From the NCBI RefSeq assembly GCF_905207935.1, contig NZ_CAJLNI010000001.1, positions 1 through 63,905 on the forward strand: a stretch of 63,905 nt of DNA. The letters are read 5' to 3'. This DNA comes from an uncultured Haemophilus sp. (GTDB lineage: Bacteria > Pseudomonadota > Gammaproteobacteria > Enterobacterales > Pasteurellaceae). A program made the position numbers and the translations under genes. This document shows, one piece after another, positions 45,738 through 57,929 of this stretch (its first letter is position 1; each line of letters starts with the position of its first letter). A model generated the notes under the pieces. That model saw only the letters and a list, made by a program, of their open reading frames with translations, was not told the DNA's origin and searched no databases.

Positions 45738-46370
45738 ATGACAGCTCAAATTTTTGAACAAGTAAAATTAGAAAATATTTCTGAAAAAGGCAGCTACGGT
45801 ATCGGTTTACAAATCGGTCAACAATTAGCAGATAGCCAAATGGATATTTCTGTAGAAGCAGTAGCAAAAGGCATTTTCGATGCGTTAAACCGTAATCAAC
45901 CTGCATTAGAAATTAATGATTTAATGCATTCTGTTCAAGCGCTTCAACAACAAGCAGCTGAAGCACAACAAGCGCAATTCAAAGCGATTGAAGAAGAAGG
46001 TAAAAAATTCTTAGAAGAAAATGCGAAAAAAGCAGGCGTAAACGTGACTGATAGCGGTTTACAATACGAAATTTTAACTGAAGGTAACGGTAACAAACCA
46101 TCTGCAACTGATAAAGTACGTGTTCACTACACAGGTACATTACCAGATGGTACCGTATTCGACAGTTCTGTTGCTCGTGGTGCACCAGCTGAATTCCCAG
46201 TAAATGGCGTAATTCGTGGTTGGGTTGAAGCATTACAAATGATGCCTGTTGGTTCTAAATGGAAACTCACTATTCCACACGAACTGGCTTACGGTGAACG
46301 AGGTGCGGGCGCATCTATCCCTCCGTTCTCAACCTTAGTATTTGAAGTTGAATTACTCGATATTCTTTAA
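45738..46370 (+). CDS. fklB: FKBP-type peptidyl-prolyl isomerase (cytoplasmic FKBP22 type)
   Basis: SYGIG dimerisation domain, VHYTG, FDSS, VIRGW; no signal peptide. Confidence 0.88.
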   Translation: MTAQIFEQVKLENISEKGSYGIGLQIGQQLADSQMDISVEAVAKGIFDALNRNQPALEINDLMHSVQALQQQAAEAQQAQFKAIEEEGKKFLEENAKKAGVNVTDSGLQYEILTEGNGNKPSATDKVRVHYTGTLPDGTVFDSSVARGAPAEFPVNGVIRGWVEALQMMPVGSKWKLTIPHELAYGERGAGASIPPFSTLVFEVELLDIL

Positions 46371-46374
46371 AAAG

Positions 46375-46405
46375 AAAAGTGCGGTTAAAATTAACCGCAC
46401 TTTTT
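46375..46405. terminator. Bidirectional USS-pair terminator
   Basis: AAAAGTGCGGTTAA-AA-TTAACCGCACTTTTT. Confidence 0.85.
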
Positions 46406-46785
46406 TATTCTTCTTCGTCTTCGCTATAACGATCATCATCGTCATAATCATAGGTTAAGAGAGCATCCTCATCATAACCCTCTATATCAATCTGAACGCC
46501 ATTTGAGCCTGCATCAAAACCATTAAACCATGCAGTTCTTAGTTCTTCAGATACTCGTCGACCACAATAATTAATACGTTTATTCAATTGAGATTGGCTT
46601 TGTGCTTGGAAATCTTTCCCGACACGATAACCATCTAAATACCAGTCATCTTTATCATGACAGACCGTCGTATTTAAACGTTTTACGTGTTTGCTCACTG
46701 AAATTGGGCTACGATGTTTTACATAATAGCCCTGCGTACAAGCACTTAATAGCCCAACAGCTAAAACGGTCGCTATTAATCTCAT
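46405..46785 (-). CDS. Putative lipoprotein (DUF2799/YfiL-like) with an acidic tail
   Basis: Lipobox LSAC; C...DWYLDGYRVG...C...WFNGF pattern; family call is tentative. Confidence 0.7.
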   Translation of the reverse strand: MRLIATVLAVGLLSACTQGYYVKHRSPISVSKHVKRLNTTVCHDKDDWYLDGYRVGKDFQAQSQSQLNKRINYCGRRVSEELRTAWFNGFDAGSNGVQIDIEGYDEDALLTYDYDDDDRYSEDEEE

Positions 46786-46897
46786 GTTGTCTCCTTTTAC
46801 TACTTAATGTCGGGCTATTGCCCTTTTTATGGTTTTATAGACCAACAAAATAAAAGGAAGGTTCAGAAAATATAAGAGATCCGATTTCTATTTTAAG

Positions 46898-48007
46898 CTA
46901 TAGCACAATCATGTCATCACGATGTAACGCAACGGCACCGTATTCATAACCAAGAATTTGTTCAATTTCTTGGGATTTTTTCCCTTTGATTAATTCCAAC
47001 GCATCACTGTTATAACGCGGCATACCGAGCGCAATCACTTTACCAGAGATATTCTTAATTTTGACGACTTCACCACGTGAGAAACGCCCTTCCACAGCCG
47101 TAATCCCTGCTGGTAGCAACGATTTATTCTGTACTAACATGGCATTTTCAGCACCTTCATCAATCGTCAGCATGCCCGCTGATGGTGCTGCAAATAACCA
47201 CTGCTTACGGCTTTCTAGACGATCTGAGTGATGAGCAATAAATTTAGTGCCAATTGGTTTATCGTAAGCCAAATCCACAATGACATCTGGTCGGCTGCCT
47301 GGCGCAATAATAGTTTCAATACCTGAACGCGTTGCCACATCTGCCGCAATTATTTTTGTACTCATCCCACCAGTACCAAGATTTGTACCGCTACCGCCTG
47401 CAATAGAACGAATATGGTCGGTAATTTGCTCAACCACAGGAATTAATTTCGCATCTGGATTTTTACGAGGATCGCTTTCGTATAGGCCTTGTTGATCCGT
47501 TAATAAATAAAGTTGTTCCGCTTGCACTAAAATCGCGACTAGCGCCGATAAGTTATCGTTATCCCCTACTTTAATCTCAGCCGTTGCCACCGCATCATTC
47601 TCATTAATCACAGGAATAATATGATTGTCCAACAGCGCATGTAATGTATCGCGTGCATTTAAAAAACGTTCACGATCTTCAATATCAGCACGAGTTAATA
47701 AAATTTGTCCAATATGAATATCATAAATCGCAAATAATTTTTCCCAGGCTTGAATAAGCTGACTCTGTCCTACTGCAGCTAAAAGCTGCTTTGACGCAAT
47801 GGTTGGAGGAAGTTGAGGATGATTTAAATAATGTCGTCCAGCGGCAATCGCACCTGATGTCACTATCACGACACGAAAACCCGCTTGATGAAGTTGGGCA
47901 ATCTGGCGAACAATATCGACCATGTGAGGTGCATTCAATTTTGGGGAACCATGTGTTAATGTGCTAGTACCAAATTTTACGACGATTGTTTTGCGATTTG
48001 CCGACAT
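46898..48007 (-). CDS. proB: Glutamate 5-kinase
   Basis: [29 protein letters not shown] domain. Confidence 0.97.
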   Translation of the reverse strand: MSANRKTIVVKFGTSTLTHGSPKLNAPHMVDIVRQIAQLHQAGFRVVIVTSGAIAAGRHYLNHPQLPPTIASKQLLAAVGQSQLIQAWEKLFAIYDIHIGQILLTRADIEDRERFLNARDTLHALLDNHIIPVINENDAVATAEIKVGDNDNLSALVAILVQAEQLYLLTDQQGLYESDPRKNPDAKLIPVVEQITDHIRSIAGGSGTNLGTGGMSTKIIAADVATRSGIETIIAPGSRPDVIVDLAYDKPIGTKFIAHHSDRLESRKQWLFAAPSAGMLTIDEGAENAMLVQNKSLLPAGITAVEGRFSRGEVVKIKNISGKVIALGMPRYNSDALELIKGKKSQEIEQILGYEYGAVALHRDDMIVL

Positions 48008-48111
48008 AGTTTATCCTCAGTGAAAAAATAAAAAAGTGCGGTTAAATTAGCACTAAAATTAATAAAAATCACGAAAAATCCAACCTCATATACAGATTTT
48101 GTGAATAGCTA

Positions 48112-48120
48112 TGATATAAT
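48112..48120 (+). promoter_or_regulatory. Extended -10 element of folA
   Basis: Perfect TGnTATAAT (TGATATAAT) 28 bp before the ATG. Confidence 0.6.
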
Positions 48121-48148
48121 GCAAAAAAAGAAAAATAGGATAGAAAAT

Positions 48149-48649
48149 ATGACATTAAGTTTGATCGTTGCGACAACAAAAAATAACGTCATCGGAAAAG
48201 ATAATCAAATGCCTTGGCACTTGCCTGCCGATTTAGCCTGGTTTCGTAAAAATACCACGGGCAAACCGGTGATTATGGGACGTAAAACCTTTGAAAGCAT
48301 TGGTCGTCCACTGCCGAAACGCACCAATATCGTCCTTTCACGTACGCCTTACGAACATGAAGGTGTCATCTGGAAAGAGAATTTTGAAAGTGCGGTTGAT
48401 TTTGTCAAAGAATTTGATGAAATTATGTTGATTGGCGGCGGCGAGTTATTTAAACAATATTTACCTAAAGCAGATAAACTATATCTCACGCAAATTCAAG
48501 CAGACATTGACGGCGATACCTTCTTCCCTGAAATTAATTGGTCTGAATGGAACATCGAGTTTGAAGAATATCGCCAAGCGGATGCAGATAATCCCTATGA
48601 TTGTCGTTCTTTAATTTTGCAGCGTAAGAAAAATAAACTAAAAGCTTAA
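48149..48649 (+). CDS. folA: Dihydrofolate reductase
   Basis: MPWHLPADL, IMGRKT, IGGG, GDTFFP; AGGA RBS before ATG at 48149. Confidence 0.97.
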   Translation: MTLSLIVATTKNNVIGKDNQMPWHLPADLAWFRKNTTGKPVIMGRKTFESIGRPLPKRTNIVLSRTPYEHEGVIWKENFESAVDFVKEFDEIMLIGGGELFKQYLPKADKLYLTQIQADIDGDTFFPEINWSEWNIEFEEYRQADADNPYDCRSLILQRKKNKLKA

Positions 48650-48662
48650 TCTAAACAGATAA

Positions 48663-48706
48663 AAATCGGGCTAAAACAATGATTGTTTTAGCCCGATTTC
48701 TTTTTT
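48663..48706. terminator. Bidirectional terminator between folA and pfkA
   Basis: AAATCGGGCTAAAACAAT-G-ATTGTTTTAGCCCGATTT. Confidence 0.85.
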
Positions 48707-48722
48707 AATAAAGTTGAAAATA

Positions 48723-49688
48723 TTATTCTAAGCGTTTAGCCATTTCTAACCAATCGGCTTTAAATTCACGACGCATATTGTTGATTGCATCAATAATATC
48801 GTGGTGAACTAATTTTTCATTTTGAATACCCACACAGTAGCCACCTTTACCTTGTAGCAATATATCTACCGCATATACGCCCATACGTGAGCCCAAAATA
48901 CGGTCAAAGGCACAAGGCGAACCACCACGTTGAATATGGCCTAATACGGTTGCACGAGTTTCATGACCTACACGAGCTTCAATCTCACGAGCAAGAGAAT
49001 GTACGTCTGTGATTAATTCAGTAATCGCAATGATGGCATGTCGTTTTCCGCGAATAATACTACGTTCAATTTGGCGAATTAATTCTTCACGATTAAATTC
49101 CATTTCAGATGCCACGATATATTCACAACCACCTGCGATGCCTGCCGAAATAGTTAAGTCACTACAGTGGCGGCCCATGATTTCTACGATAGAAATACGT
49201 TGGTGAGAACTTGAGGTGTCACGCAAACGGTCAATCGCATCCACCGCTGTTTGTAAAGCTGTTTCGTAACCGATTGTGTAATCAGTTCCTGCCACATCAT
49301 TATCAATCGTGCCTGGAATACCCACGCAAGGGAAACCATGTTCTTCTGTGAGCAATTTTGCCCCCATATAAGAACCGTCACCACCGATAACGACTAAGGC
49401 ATCAATACCATGTGAACGTAAAATTTCCGCACATTTCTCACGTACGGCAGGATCTTTAAATTCAGGGAAACGAGCAGAACCTAAGAATGTACCACCACGG
49501 TTAATAATATCGGATACATTATAACGGTTTAACTGTTTGATTTTATTGTTGTATAAGCCTTGATAACCATCATAAATGCCGAATACATCAAGCCCTTCTG
49601 CAAGTGCTGCACGCACAACACCACGAATAGCAGCATTCATACCAGGAGCATCACCACCACTGGTTAATACAGCAATTTTTTTAATCAT
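48723..49688 (-). CDS. pfkA: 6-phosphofructokinase
   Basis: [30 protein letters not shown]. Confidence 0.98.
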   Translation of the reverse strand: MIKKIAVLTSGGDAPGMNAAIRGVVRAALAEGLDVFGIYDGYQGLYNNKIKQLNRYNVSDIINRGGTFLGSARFPEFKDPAVREKCAEILRSHGIDALVVIGGDGSYMGAKLLTEEHGFPCVGIPGTIDNDVAGTDYTIGYETALQTAVDAIDRLRDTSSSHQRISIVEIMGRHCSDLTISAGIAGGCEYIVASEMEFNREELIRQIERSIIRGKRHAIIAITELITDVHSLAREIEARVGHETRATVLGHIQRGGSPCAFDRILGSRMGVYAVDILLQGKGGYCVGIQNEKLVHHDIIDAINNMRREFKADWLEMAKRLE

Positions 49689-49800
49689 ATTTACCTACTT
49701 TGAATTCTTAAGAAAAACTGGTGCTAAGATTACACCATCCATAATTTCTGCTCTAGCAAAATTTTGAAAATTTACTTGAGATTTGATCTAGTTATACATT

Positions 49801-50391
49801 TTAGTGATTGAAATAACTTTCACATTTCCAAGAAAGATCTGCTTTTTGTAATGTTTTGCTTTCTTTTGCAACAAGATACTTTTGTAAATTTTTCACAATT
49901 TTTACTTTGCTTAAGCGCTGAAACTTTTTCATTTCCACTTTTTGGGAATATTGGTATTGCACAAAACCACAATGGGAAATATTTTTCCCTTTCGCAATAT
50001 CCACCTGCCAAGACGGATTTTGTTCTGTCGGTGCATAAATAACATAACCGTTTAATTCTGTCGCAGGCTTTTTCGGATTCGTTGAGTTTGCACGAATTTT
50101 GAAATCTTGCACACCCAAATTACGATACACTTTTTCACGTAATGCTACACGTTGCTCAATAGAACGTGTTACATCCCGATCAAGCAATACTTCAATTTGA
50201 GATTTCCAATTTTCCAAAGTTTCCGGCTCTGCAATATAAACGTAACGCGCAATCGTATCTAAATCTTGGCTTGCAGTAAGTTTATAGGTTTTACCGTTAT
50301 ACTCAATTTTTTCAGGTGTTTGAAGCTGACTCACTTTTGCCGCACAACCTGATAGTAAAAGTGCGGTCAATATAACCAGGAATTTATTCAT
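49801..50391 (-). CDS. Putative lipoprotein, third gene of the dprA cluster
   Basis: [16 protein letters not shown] lipobox; ATG at 50391 overlaps the yaaA stop. Confidence 0.8.
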   Translation of the reverse strand: MNKFLVILTALLLSGCAAKVSQLQTPEKIEYNGKTYKLTASQDLDTIARYVYIAEPETLENWKSQIEVLLDRDVTRSIEQRVALREKVYRNLGVQDFKIRANSTNPKKPATELNGYVIYAPTEQNPSWQVDIAKGKNISHCGFVQYQYSQKVEMKKFQRLSKVKIVKNLQKYLVAKESKTLQKADLSWKCESYFNH

Positions 50392-51160
50392 TGATATCTC
50401 GCTTAAATACAAATTCTTTTTCAGTTGAGGATGCTGAATCAAACCAATATCCCCCAAGATCAAACTCTTTCAGTTGTTCAACACGTTCCAAACGATTTTG
50501 AATGATAAAACGACACATTAAACCACGGGCTTTTTTCGCATAAAAGCTGACCACTTTGTATTTACCATTCTTATTATCTAAGAAAACTGGCTTAACAATT
50601 TGTGCCTCTAATTGGCTCTCTTTCACTGATTTATAATACTCGTCCGAAGCCAAATTGATCAAAACACGATCGCCTTGCTCATCAAGCGCTTGTTGTACTG
50701 ATTGAGTGATGATATCTCCCCAAAAAGCATAAAGATCTTTCCCTTTTGGATTAGCTAACTTTGTGCCCATTTCCAAGCGGTAAGGTTGCATTAAATCAAG
50801 GGGTTTTAATAAGCCATATAAGCCGGAAAGCACACGTAAATGGCGTTGAGCGAATTGTACATCTTCATCAGATAAACTATCAGCATCTAAGCCGGTGTAA
50901 ACATCACCTTTGAATGCCCAAATGGCTGCGCGTGAATTTTTTTCGTTGTGAGATTTTGTCCATTCAGCAAAACGAGCGGCATTTAATCCTGCAAGCTTGT
51001 CGCTGATAGACATTAAGGAAGAAAGATCTTGGGGAGATAATTGACGACAGATTTCAATCAGTTGCTCACTATAATCCGTCAAGTGCGGTTGAGAAACTGG
51101 AAGATTTCTGACCGCACTTTCAAAATCTAAGGTTTTTGCCGGGGAAATAATGGCTAACAT
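50384..51160 (-). CDS. yaaA: Peroxide stress protein YaaA
   Basis: [28 protein letters not shown]. Confidence 0.93.
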   Translation of the reverse strand: MLAIISPAKTLDFESAVRNLPVSQPHLTDYSEQLIEICRQLSPQDLSSLMSISDKLAGLNAARFAEWTKSHNEKNSRAAIWAFKGDVYTGLDADSLSDEDVQFAQRHLRVLSGLYGLLKPLDLMQPYRLEMGTKLANPKGKDLYAFWGDIITQSVQQALDEQGDRVLINLASDEYYKSVKESQLEAQIVKPVFLDNKNGKYKVVSFYAKKARGLMCRFIIQNRLERVEQLKEFDLGGYWFDSASSTEKEFVFKRDINE

Positions 51161-51222
51161 AGGCTCTCCTTTCTAAAACTGACCGTATCTTAGCACAGGA
51201 TAGTCTCCTTACTCTACCCCGT

Positions 51223-52338
51223 TTATGCTATCCGCTTATAGAGTCCATTCTCATTGACGATTAAGTCTTGTAACTCTAAATCTAATAACTGTACTAAAAG
51301 TGAATCCACCGGCAAGTTCAGTGCTACAGATAAATCATCCAGGCTTATTGGTGTATAACTGATATGTTGATAAAGTTCAGGATGATTCGGCTCCACAGCT
51401 GATGTTTTTGCTGTTAGTGGTTGAGCTATCGACTGATTGATTGGCGCATATACTGACGGCTGAAAAACAACGCTATGATTGAGGCTATCTAAAATATCTT
51501 TAACATTTTCCACCAACATTGCACCTTGCTTAATCAGTTTATGGCAGCCTTGACTGTATTCGCTTTGAATATTCCCTGGCAACGCAAAAATATCGCGATT
51601 TTGTTCTAAGGCATAACGCGCCGTAATCAATGAACCGCTTTTCTCTGTGGCTTCAATCACTAACGTTCCCAGTGAAAGTCCACTAATAATACGATTGCGA
51701 CGAGGAAAATTTTCAGCTATCGGAGCTTGAGTAGGGATAAATTCGGAAACTAATGCCCCGTTATTTTCGATAATTTGCTCGGCTAATCGGTGATGTTTAG
51801 CGGGGTAAATGTGATCTAATCCACTACCCAATACGGCAATGGTTTGTCCTTGAATGTCCACTACAGCTTGATGACTAAATCCATCAATACCTAATGCAAG
51901 CCCACTCGTGACCGTCAAACCTGCAAGAGAAAGTTCTGTCGCAAAATATTTTGCCCAATATTCACCATAAGCCGAACAATAGCGGCTCCCAACCATGGCG
52001 ATTTGCTGTGCAGAAAGTGCGGTCAAATTACCTTTCACAAATAATAAAGACGGAAAACCACTAATTTGTTTGAGTAAAAAAGGATACTCATCTGAAAAAC
52101 AATGGATTAAATGATGCCCTCCTTTTTCGGCCCAACTCAAAGCGGGCTCAATGAATTTCATTTCCGGCTGAAACCAACGACGAATCTGCAAAGCATTCCA
52201 GCCCATTTGTTGAAATGCCACTTCATCATAATTTAATAAGTCTTCTATACTTATATGTGCCAAAATTTGTTGAATCCGCACACTGCCCAATTTGGGTACT
52301 TGTGACAACCGCAATAAAATCGACGCTAAATTGCTCAT
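51223..52338 (-). CDS. dprA: DNA-processing protein DprA
   Basis: [29 protein letters not shown]. Confidence 0.96.
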   Translation of the reverse strand: MSNLASILLRLSQVPKLGSVRIQQILAHISIEDLLNYDEVAFQQMGWNALQIRRWFQPEMKFIEPALSWAEKGGHHLIHCFSDEYPFLLKQISGFPSLLFVKGNLTALSAQQIAMVGSRYCSAYGEYWAKYFATELSLAGLTVTSGLALGIDGFSHQAVVDIQGQTIAVLGSGLDHIYPAKHHRLAEQIIENNGALVSEFIPTQAPIAENFPRRNRIISGLSLGTLVIEATEKSGSLITARYALEQNRDIFALPGNIQSEYSQGCHKLIKQGAMLVENVKDILDSLNHSVVFQPSVYAPINQSIAQPLTAKTSAVEPNHPELYQHISYTPISLDDLSVALNLPVDSLLVQLLDLELQDLIVNENGLYKRIA

Positions 52339-52404
52339 TTATTCTCTCCTTTAAAAAGAGAATTATGACGAGATTGGTGTCAAAAAATGAAAGATTTGTC
52401 TTAA

Positions 52405-52426
52405 TTTTGCGATTCAGATCGCAAAA
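52405..52426. promoter_or_regulatory. CRP-S (Sxy-dependent competence) site of dprA
   Basis: TTTTGCGATTCAGATCGCAAAA, with the TGCGA-N6-TCGCA core. Confidence 0.9.
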
Positions 52427-52604
52427 AGAGAAAAAATTTTAGAAAAAATCTGCATACCAGAAACGAGGAATAAAACAGGACAAAAATAGCTTCTTAAAAG
52501 CCATTTTTAGAGATTAATTTTGAATAATGGTTTATATTCAGAGAAATAAACTTTTAAGATTATGTTGAGATATTCATTTTAGATATAAATCACTGATAAA
52601 TGAT

Positions 52605-52632
52605 TTGACAGCAAAATTTTTATCCGTAATAT
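52605..52632 (+). promoter_or_regulatory. leu operon promoter
   Basis: TTGACA-N16-TAATAT upstream of the leader ORF. Confidence 0.5.
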
Positions 52633-52671
52633 GGACAGCGTTTTACAGAATTTTTACAGGATTATCTTTTT

Positions 52672-52731
52672 ATGTACCAAGCTGTTTCTTTATCTCTCAA
52701 CCTCCTGCTCTCACATTCTTTGTGCGGCTAA
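52672..52731 (+). CDS. leuL: leu operon leader peptide MYQAVSLSLNLLLSHSLCG
   Basis: 19 codons, 6 Leu including CTC CTG CTC; AGGA upstream; followed by a terminator. Confidence 0.8.
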   Translation: MYQAVSLSLNLLLSHSLCG

Positions 52732-52772
52732 GTTGTGGATAAAAAACACCTTTATGTAAAAAATCTATTATC

Positions 52773-52802
52773 AACCCGCACTTTTAAGATTGCGGGTTTT
52801 TT
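52773..52802 (+). terminator. leu attenuator terminator
   Basis: AACCCGCA...TGCGGGTT-TTTT; GTGCGG at 52722 can pair with its 5' arm. Confidence 0.8.
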
Positions 52803-52860
52803 CGTTTTAAAATCACGGTAAAAATGACCGCACTTTGAGTGATAAAAGAAGGAAAATACT

Positions 52861-54408
52861 ATGACAGATCGCGTTATTATTTTTGATACCACCTTGCGTG
52901 ATGGCGAACAAGCGTTAAAAGCAAGCTTAACCGTTAAAGAGAAATTACAGATTGCTTTAGCACTTGAACGTCTAGGCGTAGATGTAATGGAAGTCGGTTT
53001 TCCGGTTTCTTCTCAAGGCGATTTTGAATCTGTTCAAACTATCGCACGTCATATCAAAAATAGTCGTGTTGCAGCACTTTCTCGTGCAGTAATTAAAGAT
53101 ATTGATGCTGCAGCTGAAGCCTTAAAAGTGGCAGAAGCGTTTCGTATCCATACATTTATTGCAGTTTCAGCATTACACGTTGAAGCCAAATTAAAACGTA
53201 CCTTTGACGATGTGGTTGAAATGGCTGTAGCCGCAGTAAAACATGCACGTAATTATACTGACGATGTAGAATTTTCTTGCGAAGATGCAGGCCGTACCGG
53301 TATCGACAATATTTGTCGCATTGTGGAAGCGGCAATTAATGCAGGTGCAACAACTGTAAATATTCCTGACACTGTTGGTTTCTGCTTACCTAATCAATTC
53401 GGCAATATTATTGCTGAAGTACGTAACCGCGTACCAAATATCGATAAAGCTGTGATTTCCGTACATTGCCACAATGACTTGGGTATGGCAACGGCTAACT
53501 CCTTAACCGCTGTACAAAATGGTGCACGCCAAATTGAATGTACTATCAACGGCATTGGTGAACGTGCGGGTAACACTTCACTTGAAGAAGTGGTGATGGC
53601 AATGAAAGTTCGCCAAGAATTCATGGGCGTGGATACACGTATCAACACACAAGAAATTCATCGTGTCAGCCAAATGGTGAGCCAACTTTGTAATATGCCA
53701 ATCCAACCGAATAAAGCGATTGTAGGTTCGAATGCTTTCGCACATTCATCCGGTATTCACCAAGATGGTATGTTAAAAAACCAAAATACCTACGAAATCA
53801 TGTCACCAGAAACTATCGGCTTGAAGAAAGAGAAATTAAACTTAACCGCACGTTCTGGTCGCGCAGCTGTGAAAGGTCATATGGCGGATATGGGTTACAC
53901 CGAGCAAGATTACGATTTGGATAAATTGTACGAATCTTTCTTGAAATTAGCAGACAAAAAAGGCCAAGTATTCGATTATGACTTGGAAGCGTTGGCGTTT
54001 ATCGACATGCAACAAGGTGATGAAGATCGCTTAGTGTTAGATAAACTTTCGGCACATTCCACCAAAGAATATCCAGCGACTGCTTTTGTTCAAGTGGAAT
54101 TGGATGGTAATAAATTAAGCACTTCGTCAATCGGTGGGAACGGTCCGGTCGATGCGGTTTACAATGCGATCTTGAACTTAACCGGCTTAGAAATCAAAAT
54201 GTCTCACTATAACTTAACCGCTAAAGGTGAAGGCGCTGAAGCCTTAGGTCAGGTGGATATCGTGGTTGAACACGATGGTCGTAAATTCCACGGTGTTGGT
54301 TTGGCTACTGATATTGTTGAATCTTCCGCGCTTGCTTTAGTCCACGCGATCAATGCGATTTACCGTTCACATAAAGTCGCAGATATTAAGAATCATAAAC
54401 ATCATTAA
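52861..54408 (+). CDS. leuA: 2-isopropylmalate synthase
   Basis: [22 protein letters not shown]. Confidence 0.97.
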   Translation: MTDRVIIFDTTLRDGEQALKASLTVKEKLQIALALERLGVDVMEVGFPVSSQGDFESVQTIARHIKNSRVAALSRAVIKDIDAAAEALKVAEAFRIHTFIAVSALHVEAKLKRTFDDVVEMAVAAVKHARNYTDDVEFSCEDAGRTGIDNICRIVEAAINAGATTVNIPDTVGFCLPNQFGNIIAEVRNRVPNIDKAVISVHCHNDLGMATANSLTAVQNGARQIECTINGIGERAGNTSLEEVVMAMKVRQEFMGVDTRINTQEIHRVSQMVSQLCNMPIQPNKAIVGSNAFAHSSGIHQDGMLKNQNTYEIMSPETIGLKKEKLNLTARSGRAAVKGHMADMGYTEQDYDLDKLYESFLKLADKKGQVFDYDLEALAFIDMQQGDEDRLVLDKLSAHSTKEYPATAFVQVELDGNKLSTSSIGGNGPVDAVYNAILNLTGLEIKMSHYNLTAKGEGAEALGQVDIVVEHDGRKFHGVGLATDIVESSALALVHAINAIYRSHKVADIKNHKHH

Positions 54409-54417
54409 TCTATCGAG

Positions 54418-55653
<1,236 letters not shown>

Positions 55654-55731
55654 TAAAAAACAATTAAAGTGCGGTTTAAAAACCCCCTCAATTTTGACCG
55701 CACTTATTACTCTAACGAATTGAGAAAAATT

Positions 55732-57141
55732 ATGGCAAAAACTCTTTACGAAAAATTATTCGATGCCCATGTGGTCTACGAAGCTGAAGGCGAAACGCCG
55801 ATTTTGTATATTAACCGTCATTTAATCCATGAAGTGACCAGTCCACAAGCCTTTGACGGTTTGCGTGTTGCAGGTCGTCAAGTACGTCAAGTAAGCAAAA
55901 CTTTCGGTACCATGGATCACAGTATTTCTACTCAAGTACGTGATGTCAATAAACTTGAAGGCCAAGCAAAAATTCAAGTATTAGAGCTCGCAAAAAACAC
56001 AAAAGCGACTGGTATTCAATTATTCGACATGACCACCAAAGAACAAGGTATCGTGCATGTGATGGGCCCTGAGCAAGGCTTAACCTTACCGGGCATGACT
56101 ATCGTTTGTGGTGACTCCCATACCGCCACCCACGGTGCATTCGGTGCTTTGGCATTTGGTATTGGTACATCAGAAGTAGAACACGTATTAGCCACACAAA
56201 CCTTAAAACAAGCTCGCGCAAAAAATATGAAAATTGAAGTGCGTGGCAAGGTAGCACCTGGCATTACCGCAAAAGATATTATTCTTGCCATCATCGGTAA
56301 AACCACCATGGCAGGCGGTACAGGCCATGTGGTGGAATTCTGTGGTGAAGCCATTCGTGACCTTTCTATGGAAGGCCGCATGACCGTTTGTAATATGGCG
56401 ATTGAAATGGGCGCGAAAGCGGGCTTAATCGCACCAGATGAAACCACTTTCGAATACTTAAAAGGTCGTCCACATGCACCGAAAGGTAAAGATTGGGATG
56501 ATGCCGTTGCTTATTGGAAAACCTTAAAATCCGATGATGATGCGAAATTTGACACAGTCATCACATTAGAAGCGAAAGATATTGCGCCACAGGTAACTTG
56601 GGGAACAAATCCAGGCCAAGTAATCGGTATCGATCAGCCTGTGCCAAACCCAGCAGAAATGACCGATCCCGTGACTCGTGCTTCAGCAGAAAAAGCATTG
56701 AATTATATTGGCTTAGACGCTAACACTGATTTAAAAGATATCCCTGTAGATCAAGTATTTATCGGTTCTTGTACCAATGCTCGTATCGAAGATTTACGTG
56801 CGGCAGCGGCTGTCATGAAAGGCCGCAAAAAAGCAGATAATGTAAAACGTATTTTAGTGGTACCGGGTTCTGGTTTAGTGAAAGAACAAGCAGAAAAAGA
56901 AGGCTTGGATAAAATCTTTATCGAAGCGGGTGCTGAATGGCGTAATCCGGGCTGTTCAATGTGTTTAGGAATGAACGATGACCGTTTAGGTGAATGGGAA
57001 CGTTGTGCATCTACTTCAAACCGTAACTTTGAAGGTCGTCAAGGCCGTAATGGACGCACTCACTTAGTGAGCCCAGCTATGGCTGCCGCAGCGGGAATGT
57101 TCGGTAAATTCGTTGATATTCGTGACGTCACATTAAACTAA
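55732..57141 (+). CDS. leuC: 3-isopropylmalate dehydratase large subunit
   Basis: [23 protein letters not shown]; start MAKTLY. Confidence 0.97.
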   Translation: MAKTLYEKLFDAHVVYEAEGETPILYINRHLIHEVTSPQAFDGLRVAGRQVRQVSKTFGTMDHSISTQVRDVNKLEGQAKIQVLELAKNTKATGIQLFDMTTKEQGIVHVMGPEQGLTLPGMTIVCGDSHTATHGAFGALAFGIGTSEVEHVLATQTLKQARAKNMKIEVRGKVAPGITAKDIILAIIGKTTMAGGTGHVVEFCGEAIRDLSMEGRMTVCNMAIEMGAKAGLIAPDETTFEYLKGRPHAPKGKDWDDAVAYWKTLKSDDDAKFDTVITLEAKDIAPQVTWGTNPGQVIGIDQPVPNPAEMTDPVTRASAEKALNYIGLDANTDLKDIPVDQVFIGSCTNARIEDLRAAAAVMKGRKKADNVKRILVVPGSGLVKEQAEKEGLDKIFIEAGAEWRNPGCSMCLGMNDDRLGEWERCASTSNRNFEGRQGRNGRTHLVSPAMAAAAGMFGKFVDIRDVTLN

Positions 57142-57151
57142 GGAGCAGAAA

Positions 57152-57754
57152 ATGGCAGGATTTAAACAACTTTCAGGCTTAGTAGTGCCATTGGATGCGG
57201 CAAACGTGGACACGGATGCAATTATTCCAAAACAATTTTTACAAGCTATTACGCGCGTAGGTTTCGGCAAACACTTATTCCATGAATGGCGTTATTTGGA
57301 TGTAGAAGGCACTAAACCAAATCCAGATTTTGTATTGAATTATCCACAATATCAAGGTGCGACTATTTTATTAGCGCGTAAAAACCTTGGCTGTGGTTCG
57401 TCTCGTGAACATGCACCTTGGGCATTAGCCGATTACGGTTTCAAAGTGATGATCGCACCAAGTTTTGCAGATATTTTCTACAACAACAGCTTAAATAACC
57501 ACATGTTACCGATTCGTTTAAGCGAAGAAGAAGTAGAAGAAATCTTCCAATGGGTGTGGGCAAATGAAGGCAAACAAATCCATGTGGATTTGGAAGCGAT
57601 GACGGTCACTGTAGGTGACAAAGTCTATCACTTTGAACTGGATGAATTCCGCCGTCATTGTTTGTTAAACGGCTTGGATAACATCGGTTTGACGTTACAA
57701 CACGAAGATGCCATCAGTGAATACGAAAAAAATATTCCGGCATTTTTACGTTAA
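57152..57754 (+). CDS. leuD: 3-isopropylmalate dehydratase small subunit
   Basis: [22 protein letters not shown]. Confidence 0.97.
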   Translation: MAGFKQLSGLVVPLDAANVDTDAIIPKQFLQAITRVGFGKHLFHEWRYLDVEGTKPNPDFVLNYPQYQGATILLARKNLGCGSSREHAPWALADYGFKVMIAPSFADIFYNNSLNNHMLPIRLSEEEVEEIFQWVWANEGKQIHVDLEAMTVTVGDKVYHFELDEFRRHCLLNGLDNIGLTLQHEDAISEYEKNIPAFLR

Positions 57755-57794
57755 TCTGTTTTTTTACTCGGACAGCAAATATTGCTAACCATTC

Positions 57795-57822
57795 GGCGGA
57801 CAATTTGTCCGCCTTTCTTTTT
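57795..57822 (+). terminator. leu operon terminator
   Basis: GGCGGACAA-T-TTGTCCGCC followed by TTTCTTTTT. Confidence 0.85.
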
Positions 57823-57892
57823 GAAAACATTCCATTTTTTTACCGCACTTTCTCCCCTTTTATTTGACAGTATCCATGCTTATCCCTATTAT
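57822..57892 (+). promoter_or_regulatory. metH promoter with a candidate MetR site
   Basis: TTGACA(57864)-N17-TATTAT; upstream TGAA-N5-TCCA (57822-57834) is 1 mismatch from MetR TGAA-N5-TTCA. Confidence 0.55.
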
Positions 57893-57929
57893 TCCGACCA
57901 ATATTGATTGATTTTAAAAAGAGCTGTCT

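Noticed and set aside
52215..52442. 75-aa ORF opposite the dprA start
   Set aside because: Overlaps dprA and its CRP-S promoter, begins at a non-ATG codon, and has no motif
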